In this document: in pieces, positions 37,468 through 50,185 of the stretch
Layout of the letters: every line of letters begins with the position of its first letter
How positions within the stretch are numbered: the first letter of the stretch is position 1
DNA from: Eledone cirrhosa
Taxonomy: Eukaryota
Direction of reading: 5' to 3'
Length of the DNA: 64,000 bases
Assembly (NCBI GenBank): GCA_964016885.1
Contig: OZ024740.1
Location: 253,332,001 to 253,396,000, forward strand
The notes under the pieces: generated by a model
The model's database searches: none
What the model was told of the DNA's origin: nothing
Seen by the model: only the letters and a program-made list of their open reading frames with translations
Program-made: the position numbers and the translations under genes

Positions 37468-38179
37468 GGTCAATTTGTTTGTTACATTTGCCCCTATTAT
37501 ATATGGGTATGTGTGGATGTGCACGTGTTTATGTACATGTTGGAGCAACAGAGAGAGATAAAAAAAAATGTGTGTGAGTGTGTGTGTGTGTTTGTGTGAG
37601 GGTATGTTTATATAACACAGCTGTGGTGCCAGATGAATTCTGGGAGCAGATTTGATCAAATAATTTTTTAAAATTTACCAAAAAGTTTTGGATTTTATCA
37701 AATCAAATATAAAATGTTTACCAAACTTCATTTTATTAAAAACTTCTTCATTGCACAGTAACAGTAGTAGTAATCATGATAGAGACAAAGAGTGTGTGCA
37801 TGTGTGAGTGAGAAAGAGAGGGAATGTGTATGTATGTGGTCACATCAACAGATATGGTTTTACTCAACCCACCCCTTTCTATTATAAAGCCCCTCATTTT
37901 TAATGTGGTCACACCAACAGATTCTTAATATGCTCCTATTAATCCCCACCCCACCAGTTAAAAAATTATCAAGTGTTTTTATTGAAATATGGCTAACATA
38001 AAATCTAGCTATTCCAACAATTTTCTTTTGGGGAGATATATCTGTAATTGATGAATATTTAATATATTAATTATGCTATAAAAATTTCTAATCCAAATAT
38101 TCCTCACTAATGACATGGAAAAAAAACTGCTTCTTTTGTTCTTGCACATTTAATTCCAGGTGTTAAATGTAGGCCTCGG

Positions 38180-40216
38180 GTGATAACCTCAGGTGAGATG
38201 TATAACTCTGGAGATGTGAACTCTATACTCCAGAGTATCCTGGACTCAATATGGATAGCGTGTGCAGCATCAGTGCCACGGAAGCGGAAAAATAACCACC
38301 CCAAAAGTGCAATCTGGGAAACTTCAGCGGTCCGACTTGCCAGGAAAGAACGTCGGAACGCTGAACGGGAATATAAACTGCATAGATCAGATGCCAACAG
38401 AAAAAAGCGGAATAAATCTTCTAACCATCTCAAGCAAGTGACAAAGAAGGCAGTGCTTGAATTTGAACAGTGCATCGCAACCAATCCTGACAGTAAGGTG
38501 TTCTGGAAATATGTTCATTCAAAGCAGAGACCTCACTCTCCAGTTGGTCCTCTTCGCAATCCCCACACAAGCCAGATCACTGACGATCCCAAGGAATGCG
38601 CAGAACTCATTGCTGAGTGCTATGCAAGTATTTTTACTGTTGAAGACCAGAATGTACCATCTCCACCATCTCTAACATCAAATTCCATAACAACTATGGA
38701 ATTTACACCTGCAATGTTGCGACGTCACCTTAAGAATAAGCGCAACTATGCCTCCCCTGGTCTTGATGGTGTGACATACCTGCTTCTCAAACGTGGCGGG
38801 GATTTCCTTTTGCGCCAGCTTTCTTTTTTCTTTCAATACTGTCTCAGCAATGGTGCTACTCCGGAGCAGTGGAAAACTGCCAGTGTCATTCCCCTGTTCA
38901 AAAAGGGCAACCGCATGTCACCTGTCAACTATCGTCCAGTCAGTCTTACTAGCTGTATGGCCAAACTGATGGAATCCTGTGTCAGAGAAACACTTTGGAA
39001 CTTCTGGAGCTCTCACAGCCTCATCCGGCCCTCACAGTTTGGATTTATCCCTAACTCCAGCTGCTGTGATCAGCTTATCGAGTTTCTTGAGGACATCACC
39101 CGGATCACTGACAGCGGCTCATGGGTGGATGTTGTTTACCTTGACTTTGCTAAGGCTTTTAATTCTGTGCCACACAAAAGACTTATGGCAAAACTCTCTG
39201 CAATGGGTGTGAGGGATGATCTTTTCGACTGGCTGAAATCCTTCATTCTCAGCCGAAAGGAAGTAGTCACGGTTCTAGGACAGCATTCTTCACCATATGA
39301 GATGTCATCTGGTGTACCACAGGGATCTGTTCTTGGTCCTCTTTTGTTTGTGGCATATATTAATGACATAGATGCCAACTTACAGAATGCCACGGTACTA
39401 AAATATGCAGATGACATCAAGCTGTACCTTGAAATCAAAAGGACTGATCCTGAAATTTACAACTCTTTCCTACAATCAGACCTGGACACAATGCAGCAAT
39501 GGATCACAGACTGGCAACTGAAGCTGGCTGTGGACAAGTGTACCACCATGCATTTTGGAAGGAAAAATCCAGCGTCCACATACTCCCTCCACAACACTGA
39601 CATCAAAAAGTCCTCTTGTGAACGTGACCTGGGCATTACTGTCAGCAACGATTTGCGTTGGACAAGGCATGTCTCTAAGATTGTCAAGAAGGCCGAGGGT
39701 GTCTTGGCATCACTCAGCAAGACCTTTGTTAGCCGCTCTCCAGCCATCTATTTAAAACTGTATACAGCTATGGTGCGACCACACTTGGAATTCGCATCAT
39801 CAGTCTGGAACCCCTATCTTGCTCGGAACATTGACCTCCTGGAAACTGTTCAGAGACGTGCAACCAAGCGCATACCCTCCATCAGACACCTACCATACTC
39901 TGAATGCCTTGCTTCCCTGGGCATGGATTCATTGAAGCTCCGACGTCTGGCAATGGACTTGGTGAATACCCACAAAGTTTTTAACCATCTCGCCAACTGC
40001 AACCCTGAGCGCCTCTTTGATCTCCATGTGTCTAACACACGTGGACATGCCTACAAGATAAGAAAACAGCACAGCTCCCATGACTTTCGCAGACATTTTT
40101 TCACGCTCAGAGTTGCTGAAGCATGGAACAAACTGCCTGCGTCAATTGTTAGCTGCCGAGACACTGCATCCTTTAAGACACTCATGCTTCCCAAAATACG
40201 CCAAAACTACACCTGA
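38180..40216 (+). CDS. CR1-clade LINE ORF2 (RT), uninterrupted but 5'-truncated (no APE)
   Basis: NYRPVSLTS, QFGF, YLDFAKAF, GVPQGSVLGP, YADD, ERDLG, VRPHLE, TRGH..K, FF..RV..WN.LP. Confidence 0.92.
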   Translation: MITSGEMYNSGDVNSILQSILDSIWIACAASVPRKRKNNHPKSAIWETSAVRLARKERRNAEREYKLHRSDANRKKRNKSSNHLKQVTKKAVLEFEQCIATNPDSKVFWKYVHSKQRPHSPVGPLRNPHTSQITDDPKECAELIAECYASIFTVEDQNVPSPPSLTSNSITTMEFTPAMLRRHLKNKRNYASPGLDGVTYLLLKRGGDFLLRQLSFFFQYCLSNGATPEQWKTASVIPLFKKGNRMSPVNYRPVSLTSCMAKLMESCVRETLWNFWSSHSLIRPSQFGFIPNSSCCDQLIEFLEDITRITDSGSWVDVVYLDFAKAFNSVPHKRLMAKLSAMGVRDDLFDWLKSFILSRKEVVTVLGQHSSPYEMSSGVPQGSVLGPLLFVAYINDIDANLQNATVLKYADDIKLYLEIKRTDPEIYNSFLQSDLDTMQQWITDWQLKLAVDKCTTMHFGRKNPASTYSLHNTDIKKSSCERDLGITVSNDLRWTRHVSKIVKKAEGVLASLSKTFVSRSPAIYLKLYTAMVRPHLEFASSVWNPYLARNIDLLETVQRRATKRIPSIRHLPYSECLASLGMDSLKLRRLAMDLVNTHKVFNHLANCNPERLFDLHVSNTRGHAYKIRKQHSSHDFRRHFFTLRVAEAWNKLPASIVSCRDTASFKTLMLPKIRQNYT

Positions 40217-40475
40217 TGTACCCCTTCCATACACATGCACACATGTGTGTATCATGATTCGTGCACTGTTCATTTTACTGATGTTTGTGCATTGCCCTAT
40301 GTACTGTACATGCACTTTTTTGATGAGTTGTGGTGCACCTGGGCACTGTGCACAATATTTCGTTATTGTTATTATATCATGACTCATACACTGTTTATTT
40401 TCCTGACATTTGTACATTATTCTATGTACTATACATGCACCTTTGATGAGTTGTAGTGCACTGTACACAATAATT

Positions 40476-40506
<31 letters not shown>
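38195..40506 (+). mobile_element. 5'-truncated CR1-type LINE with a repeat-containing 3' UTR and (TTA)n tail, inserted into a minisatellite
   Basis: Tail 40478-40506. The left flank ccaggtgttaaatgtaggc resembles the minisatellite that resumes at 40507. Confidence 0.85.
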
Positions 40507-41155
40507 AAACTCAAGCCTGGTGTGAAATATAAGCTCAAGCCAGGTGTGAAATATAAGTTCAAGCCAGATGTGAAATATAAATCCAAGACAGATGTGAAAT
40601 ATAAGCTAAAGACAGATGTGAAATGTAGGCATCGAATAATAGACTCAAGCCAGATGTGAAATGTATATCTCAGGTAATAAGCTCAAGCCAGATGTGAAGT
40701 GTAGGCATTAGGTTATAGGCTGAAGTCAAATGTAAAATGTAGGCATTAAGTAATAGACTCGAGCGATATGTGGTGTGTAGATTTCAGGTAGTAGCTAGAT
40801 GTGAAATGTAGAAATCAGATAATAGACTCAAGCCATAGGCAAAATGTAGGCATCAGGTAATAGTCTGAAGCTAAATGTGAAATGCAGGCATCATATAATT
40901 GTTTCTAATTTTGGCATAAGGCCAGCAATTACTCCAGTGCATTACTGGTACTTTATTTTATCGACCTCGTAAGGATGAAAGGCAAAGTTAACCTCGGTGG
41001 GATTTGAACTCAGAACAAAGCATGATGTCAGACACTCTACCGACACCCACCAGAGATAATAGACTCAAGCCAAATGCGAAATATAGGCATCAGGTTATAG
41101 GCTGAAGTCAAGAGTGAAATGTAAGCAATAGGTAATAGATTCAAGCCAAATGCAA
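40507..41155. repeat. Minisatellite (~23-bp then ~38-bp units, core ctcaagccagatgtgaaatgtaggc), split by a SINE at 40897-41051
   Basis: Read directly. Confidence 0.8.
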
Positions 41156-41685
41156 TGTGTTGATCTCATTTCAAATTGTTCATTAACCTCTTTGAGATCA
41201 ACCTTTCTGAAACTGCCTCCTTGTTTGAAAATACAAAACTTAAAACATGTATATTTTTCTAAAAACCGTTCATCATAATTTTATGTGAGACATTTTTGAT
41301 AAGTTGTTCCAAACATCAGATAATTATGAAGAAATTCATTATTATATTTAATCCTACCTACCTCCTTTATTTTTTTATTCTTTTCAAAATTAATAGAAAA
41401 TTAGTTGAAAAGTGTATTTCATTAAGTAAACTAGCAGAAAAACCACCCGAAGGGTGGTTTTCTGCTAGCATGTGTAGTGTGTATATTGATATTATACGCA
41501 GGTATATATACATGTAGATATGATACATCAAATAAAATCGTAATTGACAATATATAATACATAGAAATTGAATGAAGACTGTGTTACACTCTCTTATTTA
41601 ATCAGTAACATAATCCATGATACATTAAAAAAGACGATATTATATATAAACTGCATTAGGAGAAAATTAGTGACAGAATATTAGC

Positions 41686-44600
41686 CTTTAGTGAGTTGGT
41701 CACATGGTTATTTACTTTGGTAAACACCACTGCAGGCCAACCACTAATTTAATTCGATACAGATATAATAAGATTAACAAACTCGCTCGTGAGTGAACTG
41801 TCCGAGAGCCGGTCGCCAAAAATGCCAAGATGGCTCTTTTCTCCCTCCTTTATAATTCCTAGACCGGAAGTTCAAGGAAACCTCTAGAATTCAACGGGAA
41901 GTAACTCCAGCTACTTCCCTTCGTCTAGAGAACGCTACAGACTCCCCTCTCAGACGAGAAATCGAATGACCAACCGAAGGTCATTGTAGCGAGAGAAAAA
42001 ATGCTAATGCCAACAGGGGCTAAACATACACAGTTTTTGACAGTTTACTTGGCCATTTCACTGTTCTGCCACTTCGTGTGACATAAGGTTGTGTGGTATG
42101 TGGTGTTTGCAGTGGAGGTGAAGGTGTTGGCGTGGAAGTGTATGTGCGAGGTATGTCAGGCAATGAAATGAGACTTTCAGAGAAATCCTTCTTTGCTCTA
42201 TCAACGGATATTATCTCTTTTCGACCATTGACAGCCACTGTAAAGTGTTTTGGTGTGTGCGAAAGCACACAAAAAAGTCCTTTATAGGGTGACGTAAGTA
42301 GTCCCTTGATGGAATCATTCCGTGTAAAAATATGCGTCCACGTAGAGATGTCCGATGGAACAGCAGAAGTAATAGACTGGTCACGAGGGTTCATTGGTGG
42401 AAGATCCGAGAAATACAAACGAATCCTGGTGACATATGATGCTGGGTCAAGATGCGATGAACCCACCGGTGCTAACATTTGACCAGGAAGAGTCAATGTC
42501 GCGCCATAAAGAAGTTCAGCAGAAGAGAAACCTAAATCTGTCTTAATGGCAGAACGACAACCAAGAAGCACAATTGGCAAGAATTTGGTCCAACGTTCCA
42601 GATCAGGAGTAGCGCGGAGTGAAGCTTTCAACTGTTTGTGAAATCTCTCCACCATTCCGTTAGAGGCTGGGTGATAGCTGGTCGTATAAATGTGATGAGC
42701 ACCCAAGAGTCGTGATATTTCACGAAACAAGGAAGCTTCGAACTGTCATCCGCAATCCGTAGTTATTTTAGAAGGAACACCAAAGCGAGCAATCCAATTG
42801 GAAATGAAAGCTCGGGCAGCGGACTCTGCTGTTATGTCCACTAGGGGTATGGCTTCAGGCCACCGAGAGAAACGATCGATACAGGTCAATATATATGTGA
42901 ACCCACGACTAACGAGCCAAGGACCAACAATATCCATATGAATATGACGGAAACGAGCGTCTGGCAAGCTGAATTTCCCAAGAGGGGCGCGGACATGCCG
43001 ATAAATTTTGGAGCGCTGACACTCCAAACAAGAACGTGCCCAACCGGTGATTAAATGATAGAAAAATCGAGCTGTAATAAGCTTCACCGTGGCAGCTATG
43101 CCAGGATGCGACAAGGAATGAAGTGCATCAAAAACGGTACGTTGATGGCAACCAAATTGATATGTGCAGGAGACGCAAGAGAACACCCAGAAAGTCGAGA
43201 TAGTGCGTCCGCGGGTATGTTGGCAGCTCCAGCTATATGACGTATGTCACTGGTGTACTGGGAGATGAAATCCAAATATCTGTATGCCCTCGGAGAGTAT
43301 CTGTCGGACTTGGCTTGAAGAGCGAATGCGAGTGGTTTATGGTCTGTGAATACCGTGAACTCCCGACCTTCAAGAAGATGGTGGAAGTGTCTCACAGCAA
43401 GATAAACTGCTAAAAGCTTTCTGTCAAAAGTACTGTAACGTTGCTCTGCTGGTTTTAGTTGGCGTGAGAAAAACGCCAGTGGTTGAACCTGGTGGTCGAT
43501 CGCATGTTGCAAAACTGCTCCAACAGCATGATCGGATGCATCAACAGTTAAAGAAAGTCTTGCGTTTGCAACAGGATGGGCGAGGAAAGAAACTTCAGCT
43601 ATCTCGGACTTGACAGATTCAAAAGATTGCAAAGCATCGGCAGAAAGTGAAATAGGAACATCTTTCTTTTTCGCAGCCTTTAAAAACTGTGTCAAGCGAA
43701 ACAACTTGTCCGCACAGTTAGGAATGAAACGACGATAAAAGTTAATTAATCCCAAGAAATGACGTAACTGTCTTAATGAGGTGGGGAGTGCGATTTGCTG
43801 AATCACTTCCACCTTAGATGGCAGAGGTTGAATGCCTTCTGAATCTATAAGATGTCCTAGGAATTCCAGTGAATCTGTACCAAACACACATTTAGCTGGG
43901 TTGATTCTGACCTGGTACGATTGAAGACGTTGAAATAACTGAGATAGATGTTGCTGATGATGTTCTGCTGTGTCGCTGACTATCAGGAGGTCATCCACAT
44001 AAGCAAACACGAAATCCAATCCACGCATGACTTCATCGATAAAACATTGGAACGTGCTAGAGGCATTCCGCAAGCCAAAAGGCATGGACAGGAATTCAAA
44101 TGAACCAAAGGGGGTGGTCACAGCTGTTTTTGGTATATCCTCTGGATTCATGGGTATCTGGTGGTATGCACGTATTAGATCTATTTTGGAAAATATCTTG
44201 CATCCATGCAGAACGGATGAAAAATCCTGTAAATTTGGTAGAGGATAACGGTCCGGTGTGGTGATGGCCTTAAGTCGTCGATAATCTCCTACAGGTCTAA
44301 AATCTGCTTCACCCTTACGAACCAAGTGAAACGGAGATGCCCGTGAGCTGGTGGACGGTCGCATAAGACCGAGCTGGAGCATGTGCTCGAACTCGTTTCG
44401 TGCTTTTTTTAGTCTATCCGGAGTCAACCTTCGTGGACGAGAGAAAACAGGTGGACCAGTTGTTGTAACGAAGTGTTGAGTCGAGTGGGCTGCCTGGGGA
44501 GGTTTAAATGAAATATCCGTTAACTCGGGAAACGAAGTAAGGAGTGCATGAAACTGGTTTCCAGCGGCAGCCACAAAAAATGACGGACTGATAGCAGTAG

Positions 44601-46224
44601 TGGTAAATTTACGAGTAGGCGTAGATAAGGATGTGGTACTATCCACAAGTTTCTGGTTCCTGACATCTACCAAAAGTGAATAGTGCTGTAAGAAATCCGC
44701 ACCGAGAATAGGACGAGGTAGGTCGGCAATGACAAAAATCCATTTGAAATCTCGACGCAAAATTAGGTCCAATATCTGTCCATAAGTTTTTATAGGAGAC
44801 TGGTTTACTGCATACAAGGAAATACCGGAAAGAGTTGGCTTGGTAGAGTTGAACCGTAAGGGCCAAATACTGCAACTAGATCCTGTGTCCACCATAATTG
44901 ATCTGTTAGAGACTCGGTCTCTGATAAAGAAAGCACGATAAGGTGAATTAATGAAGGAGAGATCTGCCGTGCCCAGACTCTCCAATTTTAGTTTTCCGAG
45001 GTCTCGAAAGAGCAGGGCTGAATACAGTGTTTCGCCTTTTCACGAAAACGCACGTGATACCAACACAAAGACGAGTTGTTGGCAGGAGGGTTGACGCGAC
45101 GGTGAAAGGAAGAAGACCGACTTCGTGAACACCGTCTAGATGGCGTTCGATCCCTACATAGTTTAGCTACTTAGTGCATCAATGGCTCTCAACATAGAGT
45201 CCTCACGAGGTGAAGCAGGCTGGGTTTTGAAAGCAGAAGAAGCGACGACCGAATCTGCCGAGGTATGTTTCCTAGAAAACTCCATAATTCTGTCCGCAGA
45301 GGCAACAATTTGTTCTATCGAACTGGTGTCAACCATATTCGCCAATATGGTTTGCACATTAGTTGGCAAATGGGAGAAGAATAACTTTTTTTTACAAAGG
45401 AACTGTCTTCGGGCGCAGCATCACTGAGTTCACGGATACGCCGTAAAAACTCTGTAGGAGTTCTGTCCCCCAGATTTTCATCCTCTAATAAGGAACAAAA
45501 TTTACTCTCAGACGACCTACTGTTCCTACGCAGTACCTCTGTCTTCAGAGACTCGTAGGAAACGCCTTGTGGAGAGTCCGTGATTATGTCTTTTACTGTA
45601 ATTGCTAGTGAAGCTGGAATTCCGCTGATTAGCACGTTTAATTGTTGCTGTTTTATCCTGTACTCGGTTGACCGCAAAATACGCATCGAGCTGGGCGAAC
45701 CACAATTTGGCATCGCGAGAGTACGCTGGTAACGATGTGTTGCTCATGATGAAATTTGGTTGAGAGAGATGATTTTCTTTTTCAAAACGTCGTGAAAAAT
45801 TATATGTTCAAACGTCGTGAGAAATTATATGTTCAAACGTCGGTAGAAATTATATCTTCAAACGTCGGTAGAAATTATATGTTCAAACGTCGGTAGAAAT
45901 TATATCTTCAAACGTCGGTAGAAATTATATCTTCAAACGTCGGTAGAAATTATATGTTCAAACGTCGGTAGAAATTATATCTTCAAACGTCGGTAGAAAT
46001 TATATGTTCAAACGTCGGTAGAAATTATATCTTCAAACGTCGGTAGAAATTATATGTTCAAACGTCGGTAGAAATTATATCTTCAAACGTCGGTAGAAAT
46101 TATATCTTCAAACGTCGGTAGAAATTATATGTTCAAACGTCGGTAGAAATTATATGTTCAAACGGGGTCACCACTTTAGTGAGTTGATCACAGGGTTATT
46201 TACTTTGGAAAACACCACTGCAGG
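41686..46224 (-). mobile_element. Ty3/Gypsy LTR retrotransposon: gag (45747-~45000), PR-RT-RH (44985-43096), IN (43186-42020), frameshifted; 3' LTR ~41689-41939; only ~50 bp of the 5' LTR remains
   Basis: WFAQLDAYF gag, CWYH..C..PC knuckle, VDTGS protease, YVDD, DASD, TDHKPL, HMDIVGP, GMVERFH. PBS TGGTGACCCCG at 46173-46163; PPT agaggggagtc before TGTAGCG. 41686-41736 matches 46174-46224. Confidence 0.93.
45783..46162. repeat. ~15 x 25-bp tandem array (caaacgtcggtagaaattatatstt) between the Gypsy PBS and the gag ATG
   Basis: Read directly; most units differ only by g/c at one position. Confidence 0.95.
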
Positions 46225-46625
46225 AACCTCCAATGAGAAACACCCTCACAGGAGGCCAACTAAATCTACATAGGTGTGAGCTGTAACAAGAATAACATGA
46301 TATGACTGGGACCCCTATCATTAAAACACTCAAGAAACCTCCAATGAGATACAACCTTGTATGAGGCCAGCTTAACCTACAGCTGTGAACTGTAACAACT
46401 AACATATATGTGTGTACGATAGGAGTGGGGTCTCTATCATTAAAATACACCCCAAAAAACATATGAAATGCAGCCCCGTAAGGGGCTAGCTAAACTTTAC
46501 ATAGGTGTGAGCTGTAACAACAACATACATATGTGTGTGTATGATAGGAATAGGGTTCCCATCATTAAAATACCCAAGGAACTTCACAGGAGGCCAGTTA
46601 AACCTGTACAAGTGTGAGCTGTGAC
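46225..46625. repeat. Degenerate ~120-bp tandem repeat x3-4 replacing most of the 5' LTR
   Basis: Recurrent ggccagcttaacct..ggtgtgagctgtaacaa..cctatcattaaaa motifs. Confidence 0.7.
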
Positions 46626-47047
46626 AAAAACAACAACAATTCTTTAGCAAAGAGTAACCCTTTTGCCTCTAAAAGATAGGATAAGTCCCCTCAAAAGTAT
46701 AGGATAATAGCAAATGGTCCACCTTCTACACTACTTCAGACTCATTCATGGGCTTCTTTCTTCATTTTGGTTTTCCCTTCTTTGCTCGTAGGGTGGGGTA
46801 TAGAAACAGAGATCATTTGAAGGATTCGTATCATCAATTCTATAATAAATGGCAAAGAGTGACATCACAATTTATACACAACAGATGCAGGACAAATCAA
46901 TAATTTAATCAATAGATTTACTGGAACTAATCAATTTTGTTCTTTTTGAATGACCAGAACACATCGATGCATTCATCTATACATAATGAATTACTTTCTG
47001 AATTACACTAACACACATGCACACACTCATATATACATACATACATA

Positions 47048-47400
47048 ATGGTTGCTCCCCTCGTTATCGAGTATGACCATTGCACGATATACCATTATTA
47101 ATAATTATTAATTAATTCTATCATGCAATGCCTGTGCGTGAAGATATTTTTTAAAGTGAGGAAAGACTGTGCACTGAGCCAATCCCACTCTCTGAGCGAC
47201 AGTAGCTACAACCCGAAAAGAAGAAAAGATCGACATCATCGGTAACCACCGAGTCGCAGGTTTTATACCAGAGTTATCCCAGTTTCCTGAGTTGCCTTCT
47301 CCTAGAAGAATGCCCTGGCAAAGGCTAGGGGTCCTTCACTCCCACTAGTTTAACTGCGCGACCGGGTGTCCAGCCCGACTTTTTCTATGTCCCCGCGCAT
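47048..47400 (-). mobile_element. Shorter relative of the 610-bp non-coding element, in a (TACA)n context
   Basis: Shares the 3' stem-loop (ctcgttatcgag), gcaatgcctgtgc.tgaag and ccttctcctagaa..caaaggcta blocks. Confidence 0.65.
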
Positions 47401-47517
47401 ATACATACACATGCACCCATGTATATACACATATACATATACATACATATGTATATACATATTTACACACTTTTGGATGGCTGTTGACTCTTATGAGTTC
47501 TTCCGCCTTTGTCAGGT

Positions 47518-47549
<32 letters not shown>

Positions 47550-47573
47550 CATACATACATACATACATACATA

Positions 47574-50185
47574 CTAAGGTTAAAGACAGAGAGGGAGGAC
47601 TCTATTTTCACTGATAAAATAAAATATTGCAGGGGTATATTTCAGGGAGACAGTCTCTCTGCGATATTGCTCATCTTGTCATTAAACCCCTTGTCCTTTC
47701 TGTTCAAGAAATGTGAGGGATACATCATTGGCTCACAGGAGGACAGAAATACGAACCTAACCCATAACTTCTTTGTGGACGATCTGAAACTCTATGCCAA
47801 GAACATGGATGGGATGAAGAAAAATCTTGACCTGGTTACAACGTTCTCAAAGGATATAGGAATGGAGTTTGGATAAGATAAATGCTCATACATGACTGTA
47901 AAGCGGGTAAAAACAACAACCCAATCTAGCAACATTGTCATCAATGGTCTAAGTGTTTCACCGATATCGGATGAGGACTGCTACAGATACCTGGGGACAG
48001 ATGACAACATATCCTATAATGGTATCTGTAATAAAGAACGCGTAACCAGGGAATACTACACCCGATTAAGAAAGATCTGGTCATCGGAACTCTCTGCGCA
48101 AAACAAAACAGTGGCTCACAATGTGTTTGCTGTGCCTGTCCTAACACCAACGTTTGGAATACTCAATTGGACGATAGACGAAATCCGAGCAGTTGATGTT
48201 GGAACGTAAGCAGGGAGGCAGAGGTCTAACATCAGTCCAGACAACATTTGAATGTCGCATCATATCTCTCCGGCAACATCTACGAACCTCGAAGCGTAGG
48301 AGCCCGTTTCTCGAGCAAGTCTATCTGCATGAAATAGATAAGATCATGAGAGTTGGGAAGGAACTCCTTGAGAGATATTCCCTGTGTGATAATCAAAAAC
48401 TCACACCCAGGGAAGTCGCTCAGCAGTATCGCAGTGAATCCATGGATGAAAAACTGCATGCTTATCAGCAAAAAATCATGCATGGATACGTTGCCAGGAA
48501 GCTCCAGAGTGAGAGTAATATAGATAAGGAAAGTAGTCTATCTTGGACCAACAACCGCTATATTGGCTCCCACTTTGAAGGATACGCTTTTGCAATCCAA
48601 GAAAAGGAGATTAACACGAAATACCTGATTCACAAAAGAGATAGGGATGCAGGCAAAACACCTAGATGTGATAATAAGTGCAGACTCTGCAGAACTAACA
48701 TCTAGGATATCACCCATGACATCAGCAGCTGCCCAAAGATGTCATCACGGTACTATCTACCTATGAGGCATGATGTAGTGGCCAAACCCTGTACAATGCA
48801 GTTCGTAAAAAAGATAGCCCCGATAATAAACACATTAAAAGTTACAACAATGTGGAAGACATCCATGTACATAATATGAAAGAGTACTGGTGGAATGTTC
48901 CAGTAAAAACCCCAATAAAGTGCAGGCATAACAGACCAGATATTATGATATGGGACAGGGAGAAGAAAACATGCACAGTAGTGGAAATTAGCTGCCCAGC
49001 AGATGCCAATATAATATCAAAGATTAGTAAAAAGGAGAATATTTATGCAGAACTGATGAGAAATCTGCAGATACTCCACACTGATTACACCTTCAGATTT
49101 ATGCCTGTGATTATTGGGGCACTGGGATATGTTAGTAACTGCCTCAATACAAATCTTGAGAAGCTAGGCTTCACAGGAACAGAAAGAACACAACTAGTTA
49201 GGAAATTACAAGTACAATCCATTAATGGAACAGTAAAAATATGTAAAACATTCCAAAAATTTTGCATCTAATAACTGCATATACATATGTACAGATGCAA
49301 AGCATATACACATGCACACATACAACTCAAAACATACACATCCACACATACAATAACATCCATATCTACACATGCATACATACATGGTGGCTGCCAACTC
49401 GTTTTCGAGTACGGCCACTACTTTATATCCATGTAGGAGAACCCCTACCGATGCGCTGAACGAGTGTGACTTTTGAGTCCATCCAGCGACTTGAAAACTC
49501 TGGTACAAACACTACACTTGTGACAATTATTGACACATAGTGCTGGGCCCATGGTACCATGTGACAAGTGCAGAGAGATCTCCAGATATAAAGCAATGCC
49601 TGTGCCATGAAGCTTTTATAGTGAGCAAAGGCATTGCACAGAGCCAGTCCCACTCTCTTAACCAAGATGATATTTACCAAAAAGTAAAACAAGTCAACAT
49701 CATTGGATACCATCAGGGTTGCAGGTGTTATATCAGAGTTTTCCTTCTCCTAGAATTCTGCCTTGACAAAGGCTAATGGGTCATCTCTCCCGGTGATTTT
49801 GGATGGCCATTGACTCTTAAGAGCTCCTTTGCCCTTTGACAGGTTTTGTTTTTAGTCCTGCAGGATGTCCAAAGTCACCCTCCTCACCAAGAAACCTTGG
49901 TGGGGTTGCCAGTTTAGTCGCCAACGACCCGACCATGAAACAGGTTGTACTGGGATACATGTTACCAGTAGCACCAACTGGTGACCTGACATACATACAT
50001 ACATACATACATACATACATACATACATACATACATACATACATACATACATACATACATACATACATACATACCTAGTTGATGTGTAAATTCCAATGAG
50101 AGAGTCTTGTGTCTATGTTAGAAACCGACTCTCTCTCTATTGGTAAAACTTTGTGAAATTATAAAACCAGAAGAACATACATACA
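47574..50185 (+). mobile_element. R4/Dong-like RLE non-LTR element, copy A (5'-truncated; 3' UTR split by a 610-bp element)
   Basis: RGIFQGDSLS, FVDDLKL, YRYLG, CRLC..H..SC, RHD, NRPDI..VVEISCP..K..Y. Begins directly after (TACA)n. Confidence 0.85.
49385..49990 (-). mobile_element. 610-bp non-coding element, copy 2
   Basis: Near-identical to 29388-29996; (TACA)n on both sides. Confidence 0.8.

Noticed and set aside
45783-46162. CRISPR-like regular array
   Set aside because: Units are contiguous with no unique spacers, there are no cas genes, and the context is a eukaryotic LTR leader.
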